A DNA stretch of 64,000 nucleotides. Source: Nitrosopumilus sp. Lineage in GTDB: Archaea > Thermoproteota > Nitrososphaeria > Nitrososphaerales > Nitrosopumilaceae. How positions within the stretch are numbered: position 1 is the stretch's first letter; each line of letters begins with the position of its first letter. Below the pieces are notes generated by a model. That model saw only the letters and a program-made list of their open reading frames with translations. It was not told where the DNA came from and ran no database searches. Positions 29,705 through 40,165 of this stretch are shown here, in pieces. The stretch lies in contig OZ241981.1 in the NCBI GenBank assembly GCA_965204345.1, positions 288,001-352,000 on the forward strand, in the 5' to 3' direction. A program made the translations under genes and the position numbers.

Positions 29705-30016
29705 ATGAGTTCAAAGGAATTTGATGTAAACGGTACGGATTACAAGATAGTGCTGACCGAACAGGTAATCAGTCATGTAAACAATCTCAAAAACCTCTAT
29801 AATGCCGCGTATGAGGATCCGGAAAGTTTTGAGGATGTAAGCTCAGAAATTTCAAATACGATAAACGAGATAGCAAGTACAGTACAGCCAAAAGCCGAAG
29901 ACAGTGATTTGGATGGAATCATCCAAGAGATAATCAAGGCAGTGGATAACAAAGCTGAAGAAATCAAAAAAGAGCTCGAAGCAAAGCCCGTCAAGAAATC
30001 AAAATCTAAAAAATAG
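29705..30016 (+). CDS. hypothetical protein
   Basis: 103-aa ORF with upstream ttataaa box. Confidence 0.75.
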   Translation: MSSKEFDVNGTDYKIVLTEQVISHVNNLKNLYNAAYEDPESFEDVSSEISNTINEIASTVQPKAEDSDLDGIIQEIIKAVDNKAEEIKKELEAKPVKKSKSKK

Positions 30017-30085
30017 TCTCATTTTGACCTTAAACTCATAAAAAATTAGTGGATAAATTATATTCTAAATCAGCTAATTGCCAGT

Positions 30086-30202
30086 ATGGAAAACAGCTGT
30101 GAATGCGGCATATGTGGTCATCATAGCGAATCCGAATGCCTGCTAAAAGAGTGCAAATGCTGTTTGAATTTCCACGAAAGATCAGGCCCCAAACAAAAAT
30201 AA
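30086..30202 (+). CDS. Cys/His-rich miniprotein (38 aa)
   Basis: MENSCECGICGHHSESECLLKECKCCLNFHERSGPKQK; ttatat box ~25 nt upstream. Confidence 0.55.
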   Translation: MENSCECGICGHHSESECLLKECKCCLNFHERSGPKQK

Positions 30203-30213
30203 TCAAGACAGAG

Positions 30214-30321
30214 TTAGCTCTCAGCATTGTAACAGCTGCATTTTTTTGACACGTGCCTGTTGCATCCAAAAAGCTTATGATCACGGCAGCCGCAAAGAAC
30301 ACATTTTTTCTCAGCAGTCAT
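30214..30321 (-). CDS. Cys-rich miniprotein (35 aa)
   Basis: MTAEKKCVLCGCRDHKLFGCNRHVSKKCSCYNAES; ATGA overlap with the upstream gene. Confidence 0.5.
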   Translation of the reverse strand: MTAEKKCVLCGCRDHKLFGCNRHVSKKCSCYNAES

Positions 30322-30692
30322 AGCTTTTCAATCAAATCTCCCACGCTCTCAATCATTTTTCGGTCTTCTAGCGCCTCAATTATTTTGAATCTCATGTTCT
30401 TTATTCTGTGGGTGTCATTAGAATACAGCGGGGCCATGGTTTCAATCTCTTTTTCAAAGAAATAATTTTCCAAATAATGGCTAAATTTTGATTTTAAGCT
30501 CTTAAAATCAGAGACGCTGATCGTGTACTCGTCAATATTGTTTGTAGACACTTTGAGAAACCCATTAATTTTTAACATCTCTTTTTTAATGTTGTCTAGA
30601 TCTCCGGGCTTGTCATTAATTTCTTTAAGGGTATTATACGAGTCTACAATCTGTAAAAGAATCTTCTTTAAATGATCATTGTAGGATGCCAC
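30318..30692 (-). CDS. hypothetical protein
   Basis: 124-aa ORF. Confidence 0.75.
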   Translation of the reverse strand: MASYNDHLKKILLQIVDSYNTLKEINDKPGDLDNIKKEMLKINGFLKVSTNNIDEYTISVSDFKSLKSKFSHYLENYFFEKEIETMAPLYSNDTHRIKNMRFKIIEALEDRKMIESVGDLIEKL

Positions 30693-30801
30693 AATTCCAT
30701 CTAAAAAACATCTAATCTATAGTTTAGCAAAGGCAGACTTGCTTACTTGAAGAATTTTGACAGGATTTCCTTTAAATTATCACAGGTTATCACAGATTAT
30801 A

Positions 30802-32139
30802 ATGCAGGATGATGCCTATCTCAAGTGTGTTGATCCCAAATGCGGACTAGAATACCCCATAGAAAGTACAAACGTGCAGTGTGAAAAGGGCCATTTGCTT
30901 GATGTAAAATACAAAAAAAGACCCTCAGATGCACTAAAGCAAGTATTTTACAAAAGACGAAATTCCGAGGGAAGTATTTTCAATGAAAGCGGGGTCTGGA
31001 GATTCAGAGAATTATTGAATTTTTCTCAGATTGATACTGAAGACATGGAGGAATGTTCAAGATGTCTCGTATCACTAGACGGGGCAGAGGGCAGGCAGTC
31101 AAAACCGTATCAGATGTCAAAGGCAGCAGAATTCATAGGGATTTCAAATGAAACGCTATGGTTGCAGCCAGAAGGATACAATCCAAGCGGTTCATTCAAA
31201 GACAACGGAATGGCAACGGCCGTTACCCATGCAAAAATGGTAGGAGCAAAAAAAATTGTCTGTGCATCTACTGGAAACACATCTGCATCTGCAGGAATGT
31301 TTGCAGCAAATGAGGGAATAAGCTGCGATGTCTACATACCAGCAGGCCAGATAGCGCCGGGAAAACTCAGCCAGGCATACCAGTTTGGAGCTCAAATTGT
31401 AGGAGTTGATGGAAACTTTGATGATGCGCTAAAACAGTCCTTAGATGATGCCCGGAATCACAACGGATATACTGTCAATTCAATCAATCCGTTTAGAATC
31501 GAGGGGCAAAAAACAATCCCGTTTAGGGCACTAGAGTATCTGAATTGGAAGGTTCCAGACTGGATTGTATATCCTGGAGGGGCGCTAGGCAATACGTCAA
31601 GCTGTGGGAAGGCATTGATGGAGTTATACGAGTGGGGATGGATTAAAAAAATTCCAAGAATTGCAGTCATCAACTCAGAGGGGGCAAGCACGCTATCGGA
31701 CCTGTACAATGGCAAGTTTGAAAATGAGGAGCTAAGGTGGAACAACGGAAGCCCAAACACGGAACTGATCACTAGATATTATGATCATTTGGATAGGAAG
31801 GGATTAAGACCCAAAACCAGGGCAACTGCGATTCAAATTGGAAGACCGGCAAACATTCTCAAGGGATTGCGCGCACTAGAGTTTACAAACGGAGTTGTAA
31901 CTACGGTTACGGATTCTGAAATGCTAGATGGCATGTCCGTGGTAGGCCTAAACGGATTTGACTGCGAGATGGCATCAGGTGCGTCAGTGGTAGGGATTAA
32001 AAAACTGATGGGTGAGGAAATAATTAAAAAAGACGACATAGTTGTAGGCATTCTTACAGGAAGGCAAAAGGATGCCATGATACCTGTAGATTATCACAAG
32101 AATCCTGAAAATAAATTTGCAAGGCCTCCAAAAAGTTAG
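30802..32139 (+). CDS. thrC: threonine synthase
   Basis: NPSGSFKDNG PLP lysine, CASTGNTSAS, NSINPFRIEGQKT. Confidence 0.93.
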   Translation: MQDDAYLKCVDPKCGLEYPIESTNVQCEKGHLLDVKYKKRPSDALKQVFYKRRNSEGSIFNESGVWRFRELLNFSQIDTEDMEECSRCLVSLDGAEGRQSKPYQMSKAAEFIGISNETLWLQPEGYNPSGSFKDNGMATAVTHAKMVGAKKIVCASTGNTSASAGMFAANEGISCDVYIPAGQIAPGKLSQAYQFGAQIVGVDGNFDDALKQSLDDARNHNGYTVNSINPFRIEGQKTIPFRALEYLNWKVPDWIVYPGGALGNTSSCGKALMELYEWGWIKKIPRIAVINSEGASTLSDLYNGKFENEELRWNNGSPNTELITRYYDHLDRKGLRPKTRATAIQIGRPANILKGLRALEFTNGVVTTVTDSEMLDGMSVVGLNGFDCEMASGASVVGIKKLMGEEIIKKDDIVVGILTGRQKDAMIPVDYHKNPENKFARPPKS

Positions 32140-32281
32140 CCTTGTTTTTTAGCCCTAGAAAAACATCATATCTCAAGAGTTAAATTCATGCTTTACAAAA
32201 CAAGTACAACCAAAAGATGGTGCAAAAAAGATAAATGAGTGATTGTTGCAATTGTTCTAAAAAATTTTCCAGGAGATTATT

Positions 32282-33535
32282 ATGGTAGACTTATGGGTAG
32301 AAATTACGGCACTGGCTGTTCTTATAGGACTCTCAGGGTTCTTTAGCGGATTGGAGGTGGCACTGGTAGGAGTAAGAAAATCCAAAGTGGTTCAGCTGTT
32401 CAATGAGGGAAGGAAGGGATCAAAGGCGCTTCATAAACTAAAAACAAACCCGAGCTGGATGATGTCAAGTGTAAATCTTGGCAATAACCTAGTAAACGTG
32501 GGAGCATCTGCTTTGGCTACAAGTTTGGCAATCAGGCTGTTTGGAGACGAGGGTCTGGGAATTGCAGTGGGAGTAATGACGTTTTTAATTTTGGTATTTG
32601 GAGAGATTACTCCAAAAACATACTGTAATGCAAACTCGACAAAAATTGCATTAAGATATGCGCCAGTATTGCTGGGATTCAGCTATGTGTTTTATCCGGT
32701 TGTAAAGTTCTTTGAGATCATCACCAAGGGCGTTGTAAAAATGACCGGAAGCAGTCACACGCCGCCGCCAATTACAGAAGAGGAGATCAAGGGAGTCATT
32801 GACCAGGGATTAGAGGAGAAGGCATTGGAAAAAGAGGAGATGGAACTAGTTCATGGCGCACTAAAATTTGACGATACCGTGATTCGTTCGGTAATGACGC
32901 CAAGAACAAAGATGTTTTCATTAAATTCAAAGATGCTGTTATTTGAGGCATTGCCACAGATTAATCAGAGCGGGCATTCAAGGATTCCGATTTTTGGAGG
33001 CACGCGTGATGATATTGTCGGATTTATTCACGTTAGGGACGTGCTCAAGGAACTAGAAAAAGACAACAAGATGACTAGCCTTGAAAAGATTGCAAGAAAG
33101 CCGGTATTTGCATCCCAAGAAAAAATGGTCAGTGCGTTGCTAAAGGAGATGAAAGGAAGAAAAACACACATGGCAATGGTGGTAGACGAGCACGGAGGAG
33201 TAGAGGGCCTAGTCACGCTAGAGGACTTGCTCGAGGAGATTGTAGGTGAGATTGAGGATGAAACAGATTTGACAAGACAGGCAGAGTATGAAAAAATTGA
33301 TCAGGACTCTATCATTACAAACGGAGACATTGAAATTGACACCATAAACGGGATTTTTCAGACTAGGATTCCCGAAGGAGACGATTATGCGTCCCTGAGC
33401 GGGTTATTGCACGAAAAATTGCAAGACATACCACAAGAGGGGGACAAAATAGAGATTGAAGAGTTACGAATCATCGTAGAAAAGGTTTCCAAAAACATTC
33501 CTAAAAAAATCAGGATAGAACGAATTAGAAACTAG
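32282..33535 (+). CDS. HlyC/CorC (DUF21-CBS-CorC) transporter-associated protein
   Basis: FFSGLE, FGEITPK, HSRIPI, VVDEHGG...TLEDLLEEIVGEIEDE. Confidence 0.92.
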   Translation: MVDLWVEITALAVLIGLSGFFSGLEVALVGVRKSKVVQLFNEGRKGSKALHKLKTNPSWMMSSVNLGNNLVNVGASALATSLAIRLFGDEGLGIAVGVMTFLILVFGEITPKTYCNANSTKIALRYAPVLLGFSYVFYPVVKFFEIITKGVVKMTGSSHTPPPITEEEIKGVIDQGLEEKALEKEEMELVHGALKFDDTVIRSVMTPRTKMFSLNSKMLLFEALPQINQSGHSRIPIFGGTRDDIVGFIHVRDVLKELEKDNKMTSLEKIARKPVFASQEKMVSALLKEMKGRKTHMAMVVDEHGGVEGLVTLEDLLEEIVGEIEDETDLTRQAEYEKIDQDSIITNGDIEIDTINGIFQTRIPEGDDYASLSGLLHEKLQDIPQEGDKIEIEELRIIVEKVSKNIPKKIRIERIRN

Positions 33536-34584
33536 GTATTTTTTGCAAAGTGTTCTTGTAATTTTTGCTTCTTTTCTTTCATATGAAATATGGATTCGGT
33601 ATGGGAGAAGGCATCCTGATAAGATTTTTCAAAAAGCATTGCCTGCATCAGCATGTGATTTTCAGGAATTACGATTCCGGTCTGATCATCAGAGTACATC
33701 ATTTGAACCGTGTCCCCAATGGAGGCAGTCATGTTGGCATGGATGTGAATCATGTTTGTGTCTACAAAATTAAAGCCCATGCTTTTGGCATAGTCCCTAA
33801 CGTCTTTGGTTCCGCCTGCAGTCCACAATGTTGCAACGCCGAATTCGTTTGCAAACACGTCATGTAACTCAGATGGCTTTGGGGCAACGTCTCTAAACCT
33901 AATATCCATAATGTGCAGGTGCATCTGGCGGGTAGGAACCTTGATTGCACGCACATGCAGCGGCGCGTCTTTGCCAAAATAGAGTTTCACATCATCTCCA
34001 TGATGTGGTTTCTCAGTCATTTCAATGGTATCAGATACCTGTTTTTCTGCTTGCTCAATATCGGCCCAGCGTCGTACCAGTGTTACATCAAACCGGACTA
34101 GTCTGTCCCCAAATCGGTCTCGCAAGGGCTCTAGAATTTTTCCCATCCCCGTAACATTGCAGCTGCCCTGCATAACATGTTGTTTGCCTAATGCCTGATC
34201 ATAGTTTGCCCTAGAGTTAAACAGCAAGTCAGAGACAGATTCAGAACCGGTTGTTGATTCGCCTCCCTGATAGATGGCAGGTATATTTTTTGGCTCATAG
34301 AGCGTCTTTTTGTTTTTGTAGCCATGTCCGCCGGGCGCAGCATCAATAACCAGATCACAGTCATCTAACACAGATTCAATGGAACCTGAAATATTATAAC
34401 TTGAGAATGCGTCTAGCCTGCTTTTAGGAACATATACATCAAGACCCCTTGATATGGCATTCCCTACTTTGTCATCCGGGGAATGTTTGCCAATTCCAAT
34501 CACTGAAATTTCAGGATCGTCTTTTAGAAAGGAAGTAATTCTGCTGCCTATGGAGCCGTATCCATTGACAAAGATTTTTTTCAT
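33532..34584 (-). CDS. gap: type II glyceraldehyde-3-phosphate dehydrogenase
   Basis: VNGYGSIG, YQGGE, GSCNVTG, VIPEN. Confidence 0.9.
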   Translation of the reverse strand: MKKIFVNGYGSIGSRITSFLKDDPEISVIGIGKHSPDDKVGNAISRGLDVYVPKSRLDAFSSYNISGSIESVLDDCDLVIDAAPGGHGYKNKKTLYEPKNIPAIYQGGESTTGSESVSDLLFNSRANYDQALGKQHVMQGSCNVTGMGKILEPLRDRFGDRLVRFDVTLVRRWADIEQAEKQVSDTIEMTEKPHHGDDVKLYFGKDAPLHVRAIKVPTRQMHLHIMDIRFRDVAPKPSELHDVFANEFGVATLWTAGGTKDVRDYAKSMGFNFVDTNMIHIHANMTASIGDTVQMMYSDDQTGIVIPENHMLMQAMLFEKSYQDAFSHTESIFHMKEKKQKLQEHFAKNT

Positions 34585-34658
34585 GAATAGCGTGTAATAG
34601 ACCCATTTATTTAGATTAGTCATGGATTGTTTAAATCCAATAATTTTAGATTTGAAAC

Positions 34659-34958
34659 ATGGGATTCTTTTCAAGTTTTAAAAGGGATTTGCAACTGGCA
34701 AAAAGAGAGAGGGCTGCCCAAATAAACGGCAAGCAGCTAAAGGGGCTGTTAAAAAAATTCAAGGAAGAACGAGATCAAATTGAAAGAGAGACTGGAGCAA
34801 GGCCACAAATTGATCAAAGTACGCAGATGTTTATGCAAAAAGTACTCAATGTGTGGATTAGCGAAGGCAGAATAATAGATGAAGAGAAATTCTGGCAGGA
34901 GGTTGATTACAATAGGCAGTTTACACATCCTGTGGAATATTATGAAGTCAAAAAATAG
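34659..34958 (+). CDS. hypothetical protein
   Basis: 99-aa ORF. Confidence 0.7.
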   Translation: MGFFSSFKRDLQLAKRERAAQINGKQLKGLLKKFKEERDQIERETGARPQIDQSTQMFMQKVLNVWISEGRIIDEEKFWQEVDYNRQFTHPVEYYEVKK

Positions 34959-35332
34959 TTTCAAACTACAAGGCACTGATTAAAAAACAAAAAAAAGTAG
35001 CCTAACGTATTGCACATAATCACAGATAACACAGATTCAGCAGGCATCTTTTGGATTTAAGCAAAGCATTTTTTTGGTCAAATTCCGGTTCCAGTAAATC
35101 TAGCAGACCAATCAATACGCCTATGTCAGTACTGCCACGGACATGTTTTGTTGCTGAAAACTCAAAAAGAGAGACACAGAGATGGCAATAATTACAGATG
35201 ATGAGGATTCAAAGGCATCAAAAATACCGCAGGTTGTTTGGCTTGGCTGCAATTCCTGGTGATTGAAGATCATCATCATCATCATCATCACAAGGTACAA
35301 AAGACTAAATGAGTTAAAAAATTAAAAACAGC

Positions 35333-36049
35333 ATGATACACGGACCGTCTCTTGCAATGGGTGCAGGAATTGCATCAGCTGCCTTTATTGTCTTTATCAT
35401 CGCATTTTTAGGATTGGAAAGCACAAGTGATGAACCAGAACTAGTCTTAGAACCGACTCCCAGAATTCAAGAAGCCAAACCAACAAGAGTCACAACTGAG
35501 ACATTTCTGGCAAACGGCTCGCCGATACTTGGAGAGACTGGTGCCAAAATCACACTGGTAGAATTTGGGGATTATCAGTGTCATTTTTGCAATGTGTTTT
35601 TCCATTCAACAGAAGACAAAATCTTCAAAGACTATGTTGAAACAGGAAAAGTGAGGATGATCTTCAAAGATTACAACATTATCGGTCCTGACTCTGTTAA
35701 TGCCTCTCACGGGGCACATTGTGCAGGGGACCAAGGACTGTTTTGGGAATATCACGACATACTGTATGTGAATTGGACTGGTGAAAATAACGGATGGGCA
35801 TCTTTAGAAAACTTGAGAGTATTTGCAGAGGAGATAGGATTGGACATGGCCACATGGACAGAATGTATGACAGATGGAAGGCATTCACAGAAAATTCTTG
35901 CCAGTAATGAGGATGCAAGATCATTGGAACTGACTGGAACGCCTGCATTTTTTGTAATTGGTCCTGATGGTAAGACCACAAGAGTCATTGGGGCACAGCC
36001 ATACGAGGCATTTGAAGATATTTTTGAAAAGGAGCTAAAAAAACAATAA
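35333..36049 (+). CDS. DsbA-family thiol-disulfide oxidoreductase
   Basis: EFGDYQCHFC, GTPAF, GAQP. Confidence 0.9.
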   Translation: MIHGPSLAMGAGIASAAFIVFIIAFLGLESTSDEPELVLEPTPRIQEAKPTRVTTETFLANGSPILGETGAKITLVEFGDYQCHFCNVFFHSTEDKIFKDYVETGKVRMIFKDYNIIGPDSVNASHGAHCAGDQGLFWEYHDILYVNWTGENNGWASLENLRVFAEEIGLDMATWTECMTDGRHSQKILASNEDARSLELTGTPAFFVIGPDGKTTRVIGAQPYEAFEDIFEKELKKQ

Positions 36050-36158
36050 GACGCGATCGGCTTAGGAATAACTGCTGCAAGAAAACGGTTAAAACTTCCT
36101 TCCTAGTTACTTAGAATTTACCCAATATCCTTAAATGTATAAACCCGGAGGCAAGCTT

Positions 36159-37553
36159 ATGGCAGCAGGTATTGACGATATTGCAATATACATCCCCAGA
36201 CTGTACATTGATGCGGCCGATTTTGCAGATAACAGGGGACTAGACCCAGTCAAACTACAAAAAGGACTGGGAGTTTCCCAAATGGCAATAGTTGATGCCA
36301 ATCAAGACCCGGCATGTTTTGCAGCAAATGCATGCCTGAAAATCATGCAAAAAAACAAACTATCACCAGAAGATATCGGGAGATTGTACGTTTCAACAGA
36401 ATCAGCCTTTGATGAATCAAAAGCAATGAACTCCTACGTTATTGGAATGCTCGAACAGGTCTATGGCCAGGGTGCATTTGAGCACTGCGGGGGTGTTGAG
36501 ACAAAATTTGCCTGTGTAAGTGGCTCATATGCACTGTATGATAACACCAACTGGATTAGGGCAGGAGAGTCAGAGGGAAAATATGCACTTGTAGTCGTTT
36601 CAGACATTGCAAAATACGACATGGGTTCAAGCGGAGAGATGACCCAGGGTGCAGGAGCTGTGGTAATGCTCCTAAATGATGACCCAAGATTATTAGCATT
36701 TGATCCCAAAGTAACAGCCACGTCAATTAAGGACGAATATGATTTTTACAGGCCTTTTGGAAAAGAAACGCCCATAGTTCACGGCCAATACTCAAACTTG
36801 CTGTACATGATTCAGGTAAGAAAGGCATTGGAATCTTACAAGAAAAAAGTCCTCTCCTCAGGATTAATAAAACTGAAAGCAGATGAAACCATTTTGGATC
36901 ACATGGATTACATCAACATGCACTTGCCATACAGCAACATGGGAAAGAAGGCACTGGCATATCTAGTAAGACACGAATGGAGAGAACTTCCAAGATGGAA
37001 GAAGATACTGCAAGAGATCGGGACAGATGAGCCAGTACCAAAAGACCCGCGGGGAACAATAGAGTCAGTGCTAGGGGACGAAGAATTTATGGCAAAGGAT
37101 CACGAGTTTACAAAACTGTTTACTAGGACTCAGCAGTACCAGGAAGTGTATGAATCAAAACTTTCAAGCTCGCTTATTGCATCAAGCATGATTGGTAATC
37201 TGTATACAGCGTCACTATATCTGGGATTTAGAAGCAGTTTGGAATTTGAATATCAGAAGGGAATTGACTTGGAGGGGAAGAGGGTAGGATTTGGATCATA
37301 CGGTAGCGGAAGCAGTGCCATGGTGTTTAGCGGAGTCATCCAACCAGAATACAAAGAGATGGTAAAGAACATGAACTTGGAGGCAGAAATTGGCCAAAGA
37401 CGGCGATTGACATGGGAAGAGTACGAAGAATTGCACGAGAACAAGCTGACCCTCAAGGAATCAAAGGTTAATTCAAAGAAAGAGTTTGTTCTAGTAGACG
37501 TAAAGACAGACACAGAGTCAAGAGGCGAGAGACGCTACGTCTATAACGAATAA
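36159..37553 (+). CDS. hydroxymethylglutaryl-CoA synthase
   Basis: KFACVSG, TQGAGAV, GNLYTASL, SYGSG. Confidence 0.93.
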   Translation: MAAGIDDIAIYIPRLYIDAADFADNRGLDPVKLQKGLGVSQMAIVDANQDPACFAANACLKIMQKNKLSPEDIGRLYVSTESAFDESKAMNSYVIGMLEQVYGQGAFEHCGGVETKFACVSGSYALYDNTNWIRAGESEGKYALVVVSDIAKYDMGSSGEMTQGAGAVVMLLNDDPRLLAFDPKVTATSIKDEYDFYRPFGKETPIVHGQYSNLLYMIQVRKALESYKKKVLSSGLIKLKADETILDHMDYINMHLPYSNMGKKALAYLVRHEWRELPRWKKILQEIGTDEPVPKDPRGTIESVLGDEEFMAKDHEFTKLFTRTQQYQEVYESKLSSSLIASSMIGNLYTASLYLGFRSSLEFEYQKGIDLEGKRVGFGSYGSGSSAMVFSGVIQPEYKEMVKNMNLEAEIGQRRRLTWEEYEELHENKLTLKESKVNSKKEFVLVDVKTDTESRGERRYVYNE

Positions 37554-38101
37554 TGCAAGAAGAGTCAAATCCAATCAAGGATTATTTGTTTGAATATATC
37601 AAAAACTCAAAAACAATCCCAAAACTGGTTGCCGAGAAGAGATTTGATGCCATAATAGAGGATGTCACAAGGAACTGTTATGATCAGACAAGTTCCATGG
37701 GTCAAAAAGACGAGGCGGTGGGAATCTTGGCAACAGGATTGCTACACTACCTGCTGACAAGTGCGTTAATCAGCAGTCAGAGAAAGATCAAATACGGCAA
37801 TCAGGAGATAGACATTGTCATTCCGGACATTAAAACACTGCAAAAAGATCCAAAAAAATCATTAATAATATGCATTCCCAAATCCTCAGACAGGGTCATC
37901 ATTGAGAATAAGATTTCAGAGCTGGAAAAAATCCAGCCCCAAAAAGACAACATATGGGTGGTCCTATCAGAGAAACAAGACCTGGAGAGGAAGATGTTTG
38001 TATTAAAGAAACAAAACGGCACGTTCTCAAAGATAATTTTTGAGATTGCCAAGTTTAGCAACGTTGGCGGTACGAACAATCTTAAAATTTTACGCGTGTG
38101 A
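37553..38101 (+). CDS. hypothetical protein (nuclease-fold-like)
   Basis: EIDIVIP motif; coupled to HMG-CoA synthase. Confidence 0.65.
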   Translation: MQEESNPIKDYLFEYIKNSKTIPKLVAEKRFDAIIEDVTRNCYDQTSSMGQKDEAVGILATGLLHYLLTSALISSQRKIKYGNQEIDIVIPDIKTLQKDPKKSLIICIPKSSDRVIIENKISELEKIQPQKDNIWVVLSEKQDLERKMFVLKKQNGTFSKIIFEIAKFSNVGGTNNLKILRV

Positions 38102-38117
38102 GAATCTTATCAGATGC

Positions 38118-39392
38118 CTAATCCCGGACAACCCTGTCAAATACGCAGCAGGCTGTAAGGTCACCTGTAACATTTACCATGGTTCTGATCATATCCAAGA
38201 TTCGATCTACGGAGATTAACAGCAGGATTCCAACAGGGGGAATTCCGACTGTAATTAGTATCGTAGACAATACGACTACCCCAGCTCCGGGCACGGCAGG
38301 AGTTCCAATAGAGGCCAAAAGGGAGGTAACAATTATCACAAGTATGGAAAGCATGCTCAGTTCTATTGCAAAGAGCTGTGCCAAAAAAAAGACCGCAATA
38401 ACCTGATACAAGGCAGTGCCATCCATATTCACGGTGGTTCCAAGCGGAATTACAAATTTTGAAACGCGCGCATCAATTTTCAGATCCTCTTCTGCGGTCT
38501 TTAGTGTAACTGGCATTGTTGCCATCGAACTGGCCGTGGAGAAAGCCAAAGTTTGAGGATTGTGGAATTTTGAAAATGTAAAAGTGACGGATCTTTTTGC
38601 TACAAACTTTAAGATCAGCAGATAAACTAGCAGCATGACTCCAAGGCCAAGCATTACAGTACCCATGTATATCCCGAGTCCGCCCATTGTCTCTATGCCG
38701 ACTTTGGCAACTATGCCAGCTATCAAGCCAAAAACGGCAAAGGGTACAATCTTCATAGAGACAAGGAGGATGTATAATGTGACTTTTTGAATGGATTCTA
38801 GTAAATCCAGTAGCGGCTTGACTGATTCTTTTGGAAGAACGGCCATTGACAGTCCCACAATCACTGCCATAATCAGAATGCTAAACATCTGCCCTTCAAG
38901 ATAAGAGGAGATGGGGTTTCTTGGGATAATATTGGATATGGAGTTTGGAATGTCATCTAGTGAAAAACCGTCTGTGACTCTCAAGTCATCCTCAGAGAGA
39001 TCATGTGTCTGCTGCAATGCAGTAAGATCCAAAATACTTCCAGGAGCTATTACTGATGCAAGAGATACCGCTATGAGAATTGCAATGGTAGTGCTGATTA
39101 CAAAGTAAATGCCGATGCCAAATCCCAGGGTCTTTAGTTTTTCCTTTGCGCCCAGATTAGTAATAGCAACCACAATGGATGCAAAAATTAGCGGAACAAT
39201 AATCATCATAATTATGCTCAAAAATATGTTGGCAGGAATTTTAAGATACGAGGATAAAGAATCCAGTGCGTCATCATCTAGGCCAACCCCCATATCATCA
39301 CCACCTAGAATTAATCCCACACCCAGTCCAACAAGCAGTGATACTACAACCTGAAGCCACAAATTCTTGAAGAGGTAATCCTTGAACGCCAT
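38118..39392 (-). CDS. dicarboxylate/amino acid:cation symporter (GltP family)
   Basis: FSTASSMATMP, TVNMDGTA, DRILDMIRTMVNVTGD. Confidence 0.93.
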   Translation of the reverse strand: MAFKDYLFKNLWLQVVVSLLVGLGVGLILGGDDMGVGLDDDALDSLSSYLKIPANIFLSIIMMIIVPLIFASIVVAITNLGAKEKLKTLGFGIGIYFVISTTIAILIAVSLASVIAPGSILDLTALQQTHDLSEDDLRVTDGFSLDDIPNSISNIIPRNPISSYLEGQMFSILIMAVIVGLSMAVLPKESVKPLLDLLESIQKVTLYILLVSMKIVPFAVFGLIAGIVAKVGIETMGGLGIYMGTVMLGLGVMLLVYLLILKFVAKRSVTFTFSKFHNPQTLAFSTASSMATMPVTLKTAEEDLKIDARVSKFVIPLGTTVNMDGTALYQVIAVFFLAQLFAIELSMLSILVIIVTSLLASIGTPAVPGAGVVVLSTILITVGIPPVGILLLISVDRILDMIRTMVNVTGDLTACCVFDRVVRD

Positions 39393-39397
39393 TTTAT

Positions 39398-40111
39398 TTA
39401 CCTTAAAATTAGTTTCAAATCAAGGTTTTTCTTGAAAATTTTGTACATGGTTGAGTCACACATGTCTTTGATAAAAGGAATCGAGCCTAAAATAGGCACG
39501 CAGGTCAGATTCTTCAGATCACGAGAGAGTTCATCTGTTTTGTAGCCATCAGGGTCAAAATCATTAATTATAATTCCCTTAAGAGGAATTTTGTATTTTT
39601 GGCACATCCTCACAGTCATTACAGTATGATTTACTGTCCCGACCTTGGTTCTTGCAACTATTATGGCAGGAATTTTCATTTCCTTAATCAAGTCTGCCAC
39701 ATAATAGTCCTTGAGAATAGGAGTCAGGACTCCGCCCATGCCCTCAACAAGTAGCATAGAGTGCATCTTGGATAATTTTTCAAAAGAGGAAATTACTGGC
39801 TTTATCTTCGGTCTTCTCTTCAAGTTTTTCCATGCAGTGTATGGAGACGCAGAAATTGGGAAGAACTGGGGATTTAACAGGGTTTCAGGATCATTTACCT
39901 GTGCAGCAGCTGACAGAATTTTGACGTCTTTGGACTTGAATCCCTTTTTTTGGGCAGTTCCAGCAGCAGCAGCAAAGGGCTTCATAACACCAACATCAAT
40001 ACCCATCTTTCGAAAAGAGACTGCCAATCCTGCTGTAACATAGGTCTTTCCAACATCAGTGTCAGTTCCTGTGACAAATAATGACTTCAACAAGGAAACC
40101 TCCAAGGACAT
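39398..40111 (-). CDS. bioD: dethiobiotin synthase
   Basis: FVTGTDTDVGKT, VEGMGG, GTVNHT. Confidence 0.93.
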   Translation of the reverse strand: MSLEVSLLKSLFVTGTDTDVGKTYVTAGLAVSFRKMGIDVGVMKPFAAAAGTAQKKGFKSKDVKILSAAAQVNDPETLLNPQFFPISASPYTAWKNLKRRPKIKPVISSFEKLSKMHSMLLVEGMGGVLTPILKDYYVADLIKEMKIPAIIVARTKVGTVNHTVMTVRMCQKYKIPLKGIIINDFDPDGYKTDELSRDLKNLTCVPILGSIPFIKDMCDSTMYKIFKKNLDLKLILR

Positions 40112-40165
40112 TACTGATTAATCTTATCGTTTAATTATTAAGAATGACAAAATTACAAATACTGC

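Noticed and set aside
35265-35292. Poly-His protein from the (CAT)n run
   Set aside because: The His frame has no convincing start or length; treated as a microsatellite in a decayed intergenic region.
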